Assembly: GCA_036825195.1 (NCBI GenBank)
Contig: DAISYQ010000001.1
Span: 179,629-243,628 of the forward strand
DNA length: 64,000 bases
Direction: 5' to 3'
From: Syntrophales bacterium
GTDB taxonomy: Bacteria > Desulfobacterota > Syntrophia > Syntrophales > UBA2210
The notes under the pieces were generated by a model. That model searched no databases, was not told where the DNA came from, and saw nothing but the letters and a program-made list of their open reading frames with translations. A program made the position numbers and the translations under genes. Shown in pieces: positions 9,612-19,387 of this stretch. Numbering within the stretch: the first letter of the stretch is position 1; every line of letters starts with the position of its first letter.

Positions 9612-10621
9612 ACAATACGATACGGAAGAATAAGATCGTCGCAATCGCCGAACATCGTCAGGGAACTATCACGCCAGCAACGGGGGAAACCCTCTCCCTT
9701 GTCCGGGAGATCGGAGAACTGCTCAACCTGGAAGCAACTATCCTGCTTCTTGGCACATCCATAGAGCATGGGGCATCTCAGATTGCTGCGACGACCGGTA
9801 TGGATGTAATCGCTATCGAAGGAACGGGCCTCGAACCGTACAATTGCGAAGCCTATCTGACCGCTCTCACGAGACCGCTCAAGGCATTAGATCCGCACTA
9901 TATCGTACTGCCGCATACTGCCATGGGATATGATCTCGCACCCCGTCTTGCCGTCCTCCTGCAGGCCTCTTCCATAACGGCCGTCGAGCAACTGTCTGTA
10001 AGAGGTGAATCTCTCACGTTTTTGCGGTCTCAGTGGAACGGGAAGGTCATCCTTGAAGTTGTCCCACTGACCGAACGGACGGTGGTCACCGCACTTCCCG
10101 GCTGCTGGCCCGAACTTGTTGAAAAACCGGAAAAAATCGGGAAGGTAACAATCATCCCTTGCGATACATTCCCGGTTCGTTCGAAAACCACCGGCATCAA
10201 AGAGGCCTCAAGAATGGAATTCGACCTTACTAAAGCGGATGTGATCGTAGCGGCGGGGAGAGGACTGGGGAAAGAAGAGAATCTGCAGCTTATCTACGAA
10301 CTGTCCGGGATCTTTCAGAAATCGGCGGTAGGTGCATCAAGGGCGGCCTGCGATGCGGGATGGTTTGACTACGGCAGACAGATAGGAATTACGGGGCAAA
10401 CCGTTTCACCAAATCTGTACATCGCCTGCGGGATCTCCGGGTCAACACAGCATATGGCAGGTATGAAGAGGTCTCGGATGGTGATCGCTATCAACACCGA
10501 TCCATTGGCATCGATTTTCGGCATAGCGGACTATTGTATCGTGGAAGATCTTGCCACCTTTATCCCCTGCCTCCTGGAAGAATACAATCTCGTTTCCCGT
10601 GGTCGCCACGATCCGGAGTAA
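9608..10621 (+). CDS. etfA: Electron transfer flavoprotein alpha subunit
   Basis: The C-terminal FAD-binding region (VVAAGRGLG...AVGASRAACDAGW...QIGITGQTVSPNLYIACGISGSTQHMAGM...IVAINTDP) is a diagnostic EtfA motif set. Confidence 0.9.
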   Translation: MNNTIRKNKIVAIAEHRQGTITPATGETLSLVREIGELLNLEATILLLGTSIEHGASQIAATTGMDVIAIEGTGLEPYNCEAYLTALTRPLKALDPHYIVLPHTAMGYDLAPRLAVLLQASSITAVEQLSVRGESLTFLRSQWNGKVILEVVPLTERTVVTALPGCWPELVEKPEKIGKVTIIPCDTFPVRSKTTGIKEASRMEFDLTKADVIVAAGRGLGKEENLQLIYELSGIFQKSAVGASRAACDAGWFDYGRQIGITGQTVSPNLYIACGISGSTQHMAGMKRSRMVIAINTDPLASIFGIADYCIVEDLATFIPCLLEEYNLVSRGRHDPE

Positions 10622-10818
10622 TGCCTTTCTCCTTTGGCTCGGCACCTCATCACAAAACAGGCATAAGGTCCATGCAATGCATATGCTGACGGCACCCGTA
10701 ACCGTCGGAAAGATCCCCCGTAACGATTCCGATCTGTTGTATGTTTGCAGGTACCGTGTGGGAGCATCTCCTCCCCAAGGCGAGATCTCTTCAGATACAA
10801 GGAGGGAAATTCAAACCC

Positions 10819-11226
10819 TTAAAAAGGCACATCATCGTCAGGCATACTAAAACCATTCGGTGACGACATCTCCGTCCCGAACGACTGGTTGGATCCCTGG
10901 TCTTTGCGTTCAAGCATCTGCATGTTGGAGGCTATGATTTCCGTGGTGTAGCGTTTGTTGCCATCCTTGTCGTCCCAGGCCCTCGTTTGCAGCCGACCTT
11001 CAATATAGACCAGTCTCCCTTTTGACAGGTAATTTCCTGAGATCTCCGCAAGTTTTCTGAACGTAACAATCCTGTGCCACTCCGTTTTCTGGATCTTTTC
11101 TCCATTCTTGTCCTTCCACTGTTCATCGGTGGCCAGGTTGAAATTGGTTACCATGGTACCATCCTGGGTGTACCGTACCTCCGGATCCGCACCCAGTCTT
11201 CCAATCAATATGACTTTATTAACCAT
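10819..11226 (-). CDS. ssb: Single-stranded DNA-binding protein
   Basis: [22 protein letters not shown]-fold start with an acidic C-terminal tip DDDVPF. Confidence 0.95.
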   Translation of the reverse strand: MVNKVILIGRLGADPEVRYTQDGTMVTNFNLATDEQWKDKNGEKIQKTEWHRIVTFRKLAEISGNYLSKGRLVYIEGRLQTRAWDDKDGNKRYTTEIIASNMQMLERKDQGSNQSFGTEMSSPNGFSMPDDDVPF

Positions 11227-11457
11227 TTCTCGCTCCTTGTGAAAATTTCTTTATGAGATACCAAACAGACTATATTGTTGAATGTTAATCCTGTCAAATT
11301 AATTATCTGTACTATGGTTCCGGTGCACTACCGTATATTCTCCATTGACTTCGTCAGTATTATTAAGTAGAAAATTGCACATATCCCTTGGTTGTATCCC
11401 CATGTTGCGGGATATGGCGCTTATTACAGTATTCTTGGTAGAAAGAAGGATGTATAG

Positions 11458-12282
11458 TTGGACATTTGGGGGGGAATCCTACTTGGTATAATTCAGGGAC
11501 TGACAGAATTTCTTCCCGTGAGCAGTTCCGGTCACCTGGTGCTGGTGCAAAGTTTCATACAGGAGTTTCAACAACCGGGGGTACTGTTCGATGTTATGCT
11601 GCATTCCGGGACGCTTCTGGCCGTTCTGGTTTTTTTCAGGAAAGAAATTCTGGATATTATACGATCACTCATGCCGGTTGGATGGTTCCCGAGTTCCAAG
11701 AGAAGCAATGACCCCATGCAGATCCGTTCCGGGAGAAAGATGGCGCTCTATATTATAATCGGAACGATAGTAACAGGGATTATCGGTCTCTCATGTGAGG
11801 ACAGGATACACCGTCTTTTTGCCTCGCCAACAACGGCTTCCTGCATGTTGCTTATCACCGGAATGCTGCTGTTTATATCCGACCGATTTCGGGGGGGCAG
11901 AGTGGAAAAGGATATGAATATTACCGACAGCGTTGTGATCGGAATTGTTCAGGGATTTTCGCTGATTCCCGGAATATCACGATCCGGCTCCACGATTGCT
12001 TTCGGCATCTTTCGGGGGCTGGACGGCCAGACGGCTGCCCGATTTTCATTTATGCTCTCCATCCCCGCCATCGTGGGCGCCCTTGTTCTCGAGTCAAGAT
12101 ATATAGGGATGGTGCCCCCCGGCGATATGACAATCTATCTGACAGGAATGATCGTCGCCGCTGTAACCGGTTTTCTGACGCTGAAGCTTCTGCTCTTTGT
12201 GATCAGAAAACGGAAACTGAGCATATTTGCTTATTATTGCTGGATTCTTGGAATTTCTACATTGATTATTAACATAATTTAA
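11458..12282 (+). CDS. uppP: Undecaprenyl-diphosphate phosphatase
   Basis: GLTEFLPVSSSGHL and PGISRSGSTI motifs with multiple TM segments. Apparent TTG start. Confidence 0.9.
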   Translation: MDIWGGILLGIIQGLTEFLPVSSSGHLVLVQSFIQEFQQPGVLFDVMLHSGTLLAVLVFFRKEILDIIRSLMPVGWFPSSKRSNDPMQIRSGRKMALYIIIGTIVTGIIGLSCEDRIHRLFASPTTASCMLLITGMLLFISDRFRGGRVEKDMNITDSVVIGIVQGFSLIPGISRSGSTIAFGIFRGLDGQTAARFSFMLSIPAIVGALVLESRYIGMVPPGDMTIYLTGMIVAAVTGFLTLKLLLFVIRKRKLSIFAYYCWILGISTLIINII

Positions 12283-12308
12283 TCTAATCTTCCGAGAGAA
12301 GGCGGAGG

Positions 12309-14519
12309 ATGGTTTTGAGTAAAAAAGGTGCAGGCAAAGAGAACATCATGGCGAAGGAAATCGGGGGCGTTATATCCCTCGCCTGTGCTGTCTTCGTATT
12401 TGTATGTCTCTTTTCGTACAACCCTCACGATCCTTCTCTGACCCATTACGAAGCGGATACCGTAATGGTGGCCAACTACGGCGGCCTCATAGGATCGTAC
12501 CTCTCCGATGGTATGCTCAGGGTGTTCGGCATGACCTCCTATCTGTTTCCCCTATTGCTTGTTTTCATCGCCTTCAAGCTCTTTCTCGGAGGACGGTTCC
12601 GGATGACCCTCTCTCCCGCCGTCGGTTTTACGGGTCTCGTGTTTGCCCTATCGGCGCTTCTGGCGGCACAGTACAGCGCTGTCTCCTTTTATGGTGTGGA
12701 TCTTAACGCCGGAGGTCTTCTCGGTAAACTCTCACTGAGTGTATTATACTCCGGCTTGAATCACATAGGGGCCAACATTGTTCTGGTCGTTATCTTACTG
12801 GTATCATTGATGATCACTCTGAACGTTTCACTTGTATCGCTCGTAAGAAGACTGACAATACTGCTGTCGAGCACGCTTCTGAGGTTCAAGACATTCGTGG
12901 TGGTCGGGATGGGGCGTCTGAAAAGGAAAAAAACAGTCAAAAAACGGAAAAGACCGGCCATTACACGGAAGGTTCCTGTTATTTCAACCGAGTTTGTGAG
13001 AGAGGAAGAGAAAAATGAGGGCGAACAGGTCTCCTTCGAATTTCTCCAATCGGAGGGCAGTTTTACTCTTCCTTCGCTGAATCTCCTTGACAAAGTCGAG
13101 GTCAGGAATACGAAAATGAAGCGGGAAAGCCTTATTATGAATTCCCGTATCCTTGAAAAAAAACTTGCGGATTTCGGGGTTGAAGGGACTGTTACGGAAG
13201 TTAAGCCGGGTCCGGTGGTAACCATGTATGAGCTCGAACCGGCCGCCGGCGTCAAGATCAACAAAATAACAAATCTCTCCGACGATCTTGCCCTCGCCCT
13301 GAAGGCTCAGAGCATCAGGATCGTGGCGCCCATTCCCGGGAAAGCCGCCATAGGCATCGAAATTCCCAACCAGGAGCGGGAATCGGTCTATCTGAGGGAT
13401 GTGCTTGACAGCGAGGAGTTTCTGGAATCGAAGTATATTTTGCCCATAGCGCTGGGGAAAAATATTACAGGGAAAACCATGATAACCGACCTTGTCAAGA
13501 TGCCCCATCTCCTCATCGCCGGCACCACCGGTTCCGGGAAAAGCGTCTCTCTCAACGCCATGATATGCAGTATCCTGTTCAAGGCGAAGCCGGACGAGGT
13601 CAAATTTATCATGATCGATCCGAAGAGGCTTGAACTGTCAGGATACGATGGCATACCGCACCTCCTCCACCCGGTGGTGGTCAATCCCAAACAGGCATCG
13701 CAGGCCCTCAAATGGACCGTCGATGAAATGGAGCGGAGGTATGCCGTGATAGCCGCATCGGGCGTCAAGAGCATCGAGCGGTACAACCGACTGATAGAAA
13801 AACAAAAAGGTACACCCAAAAATCAATTGCTGGGAACATCTGCCTCAGAGAGCGAAGGGCCCCCTGAGAAACTTCCCTACATAATCATCATCATAGATGA
13901 ACTGGCCGACCTGATGATGGTGGCGCAGAGGAATGTTGAGGCATCCCTTGCCCGCCTGGCACAGATGGCGCGGGCCGCCGGCATACACCTCATCCTGGCA
14001 ACACAGAGACCCTCCGTCGATGTCATCACCGGCATCATAAAGGCCAACTTTCCCACACGGATATCGTTTCAGGTATCGTCGAGGGTGGATTCGAGAACCA
14101 TTCTGGACGAATTGGGTGCGGAAAAACTTCTCGGAGCCGGTGACATGTTGTTTCTCCCGCCCGGTACATCGAAGCTGGTGCGTATCCACGGCGCTTTTGT
14201 CTCCGACGGGGAGATTTCCAATATTGTAAGTTTATTAAAAAAGCAGGGGAGGCCCTCATACGATCAATCGATATCCCGTTACGATCCGGAGTCAAAGGAA
14301 GGATCGGGTCCGGAAGAAGAGTTTGATGAAAAGTATGACGAAGCGGTCGAACTGGTGACCGACCTAGGACAGGCCTCCATATCACTTGTGCAACGATACT
14401 TGAAGATAGGTTATAATCGTGCCGCCCGTATTGTAGAAAAAATGGAGGCTGAAGGTGTCGTGGGTCCGTCCGATGGCGCCAAGCCCCGGAAGATATTGGT
14501 AGGAAAACTTCCACGATAA
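12309..14519 (+). CDS. ftsK: DNA translocase FtsK
   Basis: N-terminal TM helices, a linker, a motor domain with Walker A GTTGSGKS and IIIIDELADLMM, and a C-terminal gamma winged helix (ISLVQRYLKIGYNRAARIVEKME). Confidence 0.95.
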   Translation: MVLSKKGAGKENIMAKEIGGVISLACAVFVFVCLFSYNPHDPSLTHYEADTVMVANYGGLIGSYLSDGMLRVFGMTSYLFPLLLVFIAFKLFLGGRFRMTLSPAVGFTGLVFALSALLAAQYSAVSFYGVDLNAGGLLGKLSLSVLYSGLNHIGANIVLVVILLVSLMITLNVSLVSLVRRLTILLSSTLLRFKTFVVVGMGRLKRKKTVKKRKRPAITRKVPVISTEFVREEEKNEGEQVSFEFLQSEGSFTLPSLNLLDKVEVRNTKMKRESLIMNSRILEKKLADFGVEGTVTEVKPGPVVTMYELEPAAGVKINKITNLSDDLALALKAQSIRIVAPIPGKAAIGIEIPNQERESVYLRDVLDSEEFLESKYILPIALGKNITGKTMITDLVKMPHLLIAGTTGSGKSVSLNAMICSILFKAKPDEVKFIMIDPKRLELSGYDGIPHLLHPVVVNPKQASQALKWTVDEMERRYAVIAASGVKSIERYNRLIEKQKGTPKNQLLGTSASESEGPPEKLPYIIIIIDELADLMMVAQRNVEASLARLAQMARAAGIHLILATQRPSVDVITGIIKANFPTRISFQVSSRVDSRTILDELGAEKLLGAGDMLFLPPGTSKLVRIHGAFVSDGEISNIVSLLKKQGRPSYDQSISRYDPESKEGSGPEEEFDEKYDEAVELVTDLGQASISLVQRYLKIGYNRAARIVEKMEAEGVVGPSDGAKPRKILVGKLPR

Positions 14520-14520
14520 A

Positions 14521-15870
14521 TTGAATACAACAGTCCACATTACAAGCCTGGGATGTCCCAAGAACCTGATCGACTCGGAAGTCATGGCGGCCACTCTGAT
14601 GGAGGGCGGTTTTGAGATCGTTTCTCTACCCGAAGAAGCGGATACGATCATCGTCAATACCTGCGCCTTCATACTTCCTGCAAAGGAGGAATCGATCGAT
14701 GAAATCTTCCGTATGGCGGAGTTCAAATATACGGGTCGATGTCGGCACCTGATCGTTACGGGTTGCCTTCCCCAGCGATACGGTACCATACTCGAAAAAG
14801 AACTCCCCGAGGTCGATCTCTTTCTGGGGACCGGCGAAATCCCCCATATAGCCTCTCTCGTCGCATCCCTGCGAGGAGGCAGCCAGCCGGAGCGACGATC
14901 TTGCATCGGGAAACCCGATTTTCTCATGAACTCCTCCCATGCCCGTCAATTGATGACGCCGTCGTATACCGCCTATCTGAAGATAGCGGAGGGATGCTCC
15001 AATCACTGTTCATACTGTGTGATACCCTCCGTGAGAGGGGCGTTCAGAAGCAGACAGATGGACGACATACTGCGGGAAGCCGAAACGCTTGCCCGGGGTG
15101 GTGTTAAGGAGATCATCGTCACGGCACAGGAAACAACCCGCTACGGGGAAGACCTCGGCAAGAGATCCGCGTTGAGTTCTCTTTTGAAAGAAATGGCTCT
15201 GATAGAGGGAATCAGGTGGATCAGGCTTCTCTATACCTATCCAGCAAATCTGGACGACGAACTGTTCAGGACCATCCAAGAGGTCGAAAAGATATGCAGC
15301 TATATCGATATTCCGGTGCAGCACATAGATGACGGTATATTGCGTGCCATGAACAGACGGGACAACAGCAAGCTTATCAGAACGGTTTTAGCGAATGCCA
15401 GAAAAATGATTCCCGGCGTGGCCCTGAGGACATCACTGATCGTGGGATTCCCCGGAGAGACACAGGAGCGGTTTGACAGGCTCCTCGCCTTTGTGAGGGA
15501 AGCACGGTTTGATCATCTGGGAGCCTTTGAGTATTCGAGGGAAGAGGGAACCGCTGCAGACGCGCTCCCCGGCCATATCTCAGAGAAGGTCAAAAAGCGC
15601 AGAAGAGGGATTATCATGAAGGAACAGGCATCGATTTCCCGTGAGATCAACCAATCGCTCATCGGTTCCGTGACGGACGTTATCATAGAAGAGACATCGG
15701 ATCTTCCGGGGTACGACTATGTCGGGAGAGCGAGAAGACAAGCGCCCGATATAGACGGGATCACCTATGTGAAAGCCGGGAATAAGACACGTGGTGATAT
15801 TGTGGAATGCCGGATCGTTTCGGCGGATGAGTATGACCTGTTTGCCGAAGAGGTGAAGTCTGGTTGCTGA
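14521..15870 (+). CDS. rimO: Ribosomal protein S12 methylthiotransferase RimO
   Basis: UPF0004 N-domain (ITSLGCPKNLIDSE), radical-SAM CSNHCSYC, and a C-terminal TRAM domain. TTG start 1 nt after the ftsK stop. Confidence 0.9.
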   Translation: MNTTVHITSLGCPKNLIDSEVMAATLMEGGFEIVSLPEEADTIIVNTCAFILPAKEESIDEIFRMAEFKYTGRCRHLIVTGCLPQRYGTILEKELPEVDLFLGTGEIPHIASLVASLRGGSQPERRSCIGKPDFLMNSSHARQLMTPSYTAYLKIAEGCSNHCSYCVIPSVRGAFRSRQMDDILREAETLARGGVKEIIVTAQETTRYGEDLGKRSALSSLLKEMALIEGIRWIRLLYTYPANLDDELFRTIQEVEKICSYIDIPVQHIDDGILRAMNRRDNSKLIRTVLANARKMIPGVALRTSLIVGFPGETQERFDRLLAFVREARFDHLGAFEYSREEGTAADALPGHISEKVKKRRRGIIMKEQASISREINQSLIGSVTDVIIEETSDLPGYDYVGRARRQAPDIDGITYVKAGNKTRGDIVECRIVSADEYDLFAEEVKSGC

Positions 15871-15950
15871 AACCGTGAGTGGAAGAAAAGACTATAATTC
15901 TGATATATTCGATTAATTCGATACAGTCATCACATACTACACGGCATTAT

Positions 15951-16661
15951 TTATGTCTGAGGTATCGCCTTTTTCAAGAGATAGATGTGAGCGATTCCGA
16001 AAAACTGTGAGAATGATCGGGTGACTTCGAATCCCCTTTTCTCCATCAGGCGTTCAAGTTTAGCGGGAGAAGGGAACCCCATCACCGAATCGCGCAGATA
16101 CCGGTAGGCCTTGAAATCACCCGATACCAGTCCTCCGATATACGGGAGAAGGACCTTAAAATAGGTAAGATATATCCACCGCCAGGGAAGATGAGACGGT
16201 ACTGACAGTTCGAGCACCGCCAGGTTTCCACCATCTTTCAGTACCCTGCGGGCCTCGTCCAGGAAGGCGGGCAGGTCTGTCATGTTCCGTATCCCGAAGG
16301 CTGTCATCGCGTGATCAAAGGTTTCGTTCAAGAAGGGCATGGCGGTGGCATCCCCCACCGTGATACGGAAGCGCCCGCCAAACTCTCTATTTTTCCGCGC
16401 GGCAATTTCCAGCATCCTGGGAGATATATCCATACCGATGACCGTGCATCCGGTAGTGCTACAGGCACGGGATGCCATATCTCCGGTACCGGTTGCTATA
16501 TCAAGTACCGTGTCGCCATCCTTGATATGCAGGGATGATATGACTCTTTTTCTCCAGCGGCTATCCATGGATAATGAAAGTGCGGCGTTGAGCCGGTCGT
16601 AGGTGGGGGCGATTCTGTCGAACATGGAACTTATGATGGCCGGTGATTTATCAATCCGCAT
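15951..16661 (-). CDS. ubiE: Demethylmenaquinone/ubiquinone C-methyltransferase
   Basis: FDRIAPTYDRLN start, SAM motif VLDIATGTGD, and LKDGGNLAVLE. 236 aa. Confidence 0.9.
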   Translation of the reverse strand: MRIDKSPAIISSMFDRIAPTYDRLNAALSLSMDSRWRKRVISSLHIKDGDTVLDIATGTGDMASRACSTTGCTVIGMDISPRMLEIAARKNREFGGRFRITVGDATAMPFLNETFDHAMTAFGIRNMTDLPAFLDEARRVLKDGGNLAVLELSVPSHLPWRWIYLTYFKVLLPYIGGLVSGDFKAYRYLRDSVMGFPSPAKLERLMEKRGFEVTRSFSQFFGIAHIYLLKKAIPQT

Positions 16662-17102
16662 CTTTTGTAAAACCTTCTTTGACGTTGGTATAGAATGATG
16701 CTTACCGCATATGGTTCGGCAAGACTAAATCATATGATAGGGGATTGCAAGTATCATGTCATGGCGATTCCGGAGTATTGGAAAACGGTTCTGATGGCCT
16801 CGGTCTGATGGTATGTTTGAAAAATGAAATCCTGATAAAAGATTGTCAAGGAATGTTGATTGTCGTGGGGGTACAATGTTCTTGGTTTGCAACGAAACCG
16901 TATCTGCCTCGGAAGAATCGCGACACTATTTCCCCATTATTGTCTTCACCTACAAACAAATGATCTTGACCAAAAGAAAAAATGACAATTACCATTGGAA
17001 TGGGAGTATAAGATATGAGCGACAGATGTGGAGGTCCTTTACCCGGGCATATTTGTCCAGTTCAATATTAGAGGGTTGTCCTATATCCTAACATGAGATA
17101 GC

Positions 17103-18296
17103 CTAAAAGGGAACTGGTGGTTTACTAATAGAAACGGGCATCCATGGGAACTTGTCTATCTTCGTTACAAGGTCTTTACTCGACATTTCTAAATTGCCCC
17201 AGTACTCCTCTGGATCATTAGCTTGTACTGGTCGAAGCAACGGGCTCATGTCGAAACGCCAATAAGATTTTCCCGAAGCACCTTTTTTCTCCCATGCCCG
17301 TACCTTCACCAACCGAATTAGTTCACCTCTGGCGAGGTGATCCTCACTAATAAGTTCCACCTCTTCGGCAATTTGTGAAATGAGACCCTCAAAGTCAGCC
17401 TTGATCTTTTCGTGGTTTTGTCCAAGAAGTTTAGCCGCGAAAGTGAATTGGAGATCTTTACGAAAGGACATTTCAGACTTAGCCTCCCACCCTGGAAAAG
17501 AGATCTCCTCGGTAAGGATAGCAAGGTTTTGACGGATATTGATAAATTTCTTTATACACTCGGGAGAATCTAGCTTAAGGGCCTCATAAACAGCTAAGGT
17601 TGAGGGAGTCAGCCCTGAATAACTAGAGGCGGAGCAACTGAACTGAAGTGTTATCCTCACCCAATCTTTATTTTGACTCTGGTTGAGAAGGAATTGGCAT
17701 TGCTGCGTTCCAAGGGTGGAGATCTCTCGATACCATGTCTCCTGAGTATTAGTGGGGACCCTATCTATACAGCTTGTAGCTTCGATTAATGCATTCTCCA
17801 CACCTGAAAGCACTTGATTTGCATTCTGCTTTACCACCTCCACGTCATCACTCGTAATCGGCCGGAAGTGAGCAAGTGAATTTCGGATGTTTCCAATCTC
17901 TTGAAGCTTAAGGGTTACAACACGCTTAACTGCTCTAAAGTATCTGCTAAAGTATTTCCAGTAGGAATCGGAAGTAATTAACCCTACCAACTCTCCACTA
18001 GTGAGATGCATTAGGGGTGAATTTATAGTAAAACCAAGGTACCCAAACGTTTCATTTTGAGCGATCCGCTTTTTGGCTAAAGAAGCTATCGTCGTATGAT
18101 TTCCATCATCGCTGTAAATCTCGAAAGTTGGCCAAGAGTCTCCAGCCTCGGTCTTGAGTACAAGAAAGACAAAAGTTCTGAGAGCGTTCTCAATACGGAA
18201 CAGACAAGACAAAGCTTCATAATAGTGAATGTGCAACCAAGTGTCTGGTATTGTTAATCCATCTTTATCAGCATCTTTGGTTTTGAGCCACTCCAT
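17103..18296 (-). CDS. Orphan Swt1-like HEPN-domain protein (predicted RNase) with an uncharacterised C-terminal domain of about 220 aa
   Basis: 397-aa ORF in visibly AT-richer DNA. The N-terminal region has LFRIENALRTFVFLVL... and IGNIRNSLAHFRP, an R-N-x-x-A-H (Rx4H) HEPN catalytic motif. I recognise no motif in residues about 175-397. Confidence 0.6.
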   Translation of the reverse strand: MEWLKTKDADKDGLTIPDTWLHIHYYEALSCLFRIENALRTFVFLVLKTEAGDSWPTFEIYSDDGNHTTIASLAKKRIAQNETFGYLGFTINSPLMHLTSGELVGLITSDSYWKYFSRYFRAVKRVVTLKLQEIGNIRNSLAHFRPITSDDVEVVKQNANQVLSGVENALIEATSCIDRVPTNTQETWYREISTLGTQQCQFLLNQSQNKDWVRITLQFSCSASSYSGLTPSTLAVYEALKLDSPECIKKFINIRQNLAILTEEISFPGWEAKSEMSFRKDLQFTFAAKLLGQNHEKIKADFEGLISQIAEEVELISEDHLARGELIRLVKVRAWEKKGASGKSYWRFDMSPLLRPVQANDPEEYWGNLEMSSKDLVTKIDKFPWMPVSISKPPVPF

Positions 18297-18732
18297 ACTC
18301 TTATCCTATCAGAGAGCCTCGGTAAATTACTTTGCCGGCTTTGAATTTTTCAATTCTTGATGCAATCTTACTTCATTTTACTCAGAATGAAAAGATGAAA
18401 TACCATTGTATAATCAACATAATGAATTTTCACCACTGGGTAGTTTGCGGTATTGTAGAGCAGAAACAAGTTTGTGAAATATGAAGAAAATGGCAACAAC
18501 TAATAGTGAATTTAATCTGAAATAATACATATTTTCCTAAAGTGCCGAATGCTTACTTACAGGAAGTAATACAAGCGATGGGTAACAGATATTCGTATAT
18601 GGCCTATAGAACCGCCCTCACAATTTCATCTATTTTATTCTCTTGTTTCCAACTATGGAAGGACTTATATAAACGGGGGCCAAGATCCTGACGGAAGGAA
18701 AAGGGGGACGTTATTTATTATTTGTTCGCTTA

Positions 18733-18760
18733 CACCGCAGGCGCTATCGCGCCTGCGGTG
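18733..18760 (-). terminator. Perfect 12-bp inverted repeat downstream of ilvN (possible terminator, but no U-tract)
   Basis: CACCGCAGGCGC-tatc-GCGCCTGCGGTG, about 85 nt past the ilvN stop. On the minus strand it is followed by A-rich rather than T-rich sequence, so its function as an intrinsic terminator is uncertain. Confidence 0.35.
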
Positions 18761-18843
18761 TTGTGATTCCGGTCCGGCTAACACGGTATGGGACCGGTGC
18801 GGCCGCCGGTATCAGTAAAGATTGTTCTCAGATACTTTGCTAA

Positions 18844-19338
18844 TCAAGAGCTACTATCTTTATACCGCAGAGCAAGTACACCGGTTCGTGCGATTTTATC
18901 AATACCGAAAGGTCTGAGGAAATTGATCACTGTTTCCACCTCTTCCCTGGTTCCCGCAACCTGGATAATACAATAATCATTCCGCATGGAAATCATCTTG
19001 CAGTCAAACATGCCCATAACCCGCACCAACTCGGCTCTGTCTTTCTGATCCAGATTGATCCCGATGAGGACCATTTCCCTCTGGGCGGATTGTCCCGGGA
19101 GCAGTTCGGTGACATCCAGGACATCGACCAGACGGGTCAACTGCTTTTTCACCTTTTCAATAAAGTTCGAATCCGCATTGGTTATCGACGTTATTCTTGA
19201 AACTTCAGGAGAAATTGTCTCCGCCACACAGAGACTCTCGATATTATAGCCGAGTCGTCCGAAGACGCCGGCAACCCGGGCCAGGACGCCCGGTTTATTG
19301 TTGACCAGTATGGCGATTATACGTTCTCTTATTCCCAT
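18844..19338 (-). CDS. ilvN: Acetolactate synthase small (regulatory) subunit
   Basis: ACT-domain start (IIAILVNNKPGVLARVAGVFGRLGYNIESL). 164 aa, immediately downstream of ilvB. Confidence 0.9.
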   Translation of the reverse strand: MGIRERIIAILVNNKPGVLARVAGVFGRLGYNIESLCVAETISPEVSRITSITNADSNFIEKVKKQLTRLVDVLDVTELLPGQSAQREMVLIGINLDQKDRAELVRVMGMFDCKMISMRNDYCIIQVAGTREEVETVINFLRPFGIDKIARTGVLALRYKDSSS

Positions 19339-19387
19339 GATGTATTCACCCTTTCATTATATATATCGTCAGCTCATCTTCGGTATG

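Noticed and set aside
18481-18522. Tiny ORF MKKMATTNSEFNLK upstream of the HEPN gene, considered as a possible partner or antitoxin
   Set aside because: It is on the opposite strand to the HEPN gene, has no SD, and is only 14 codons long. Nothing distinguishes it from chance.
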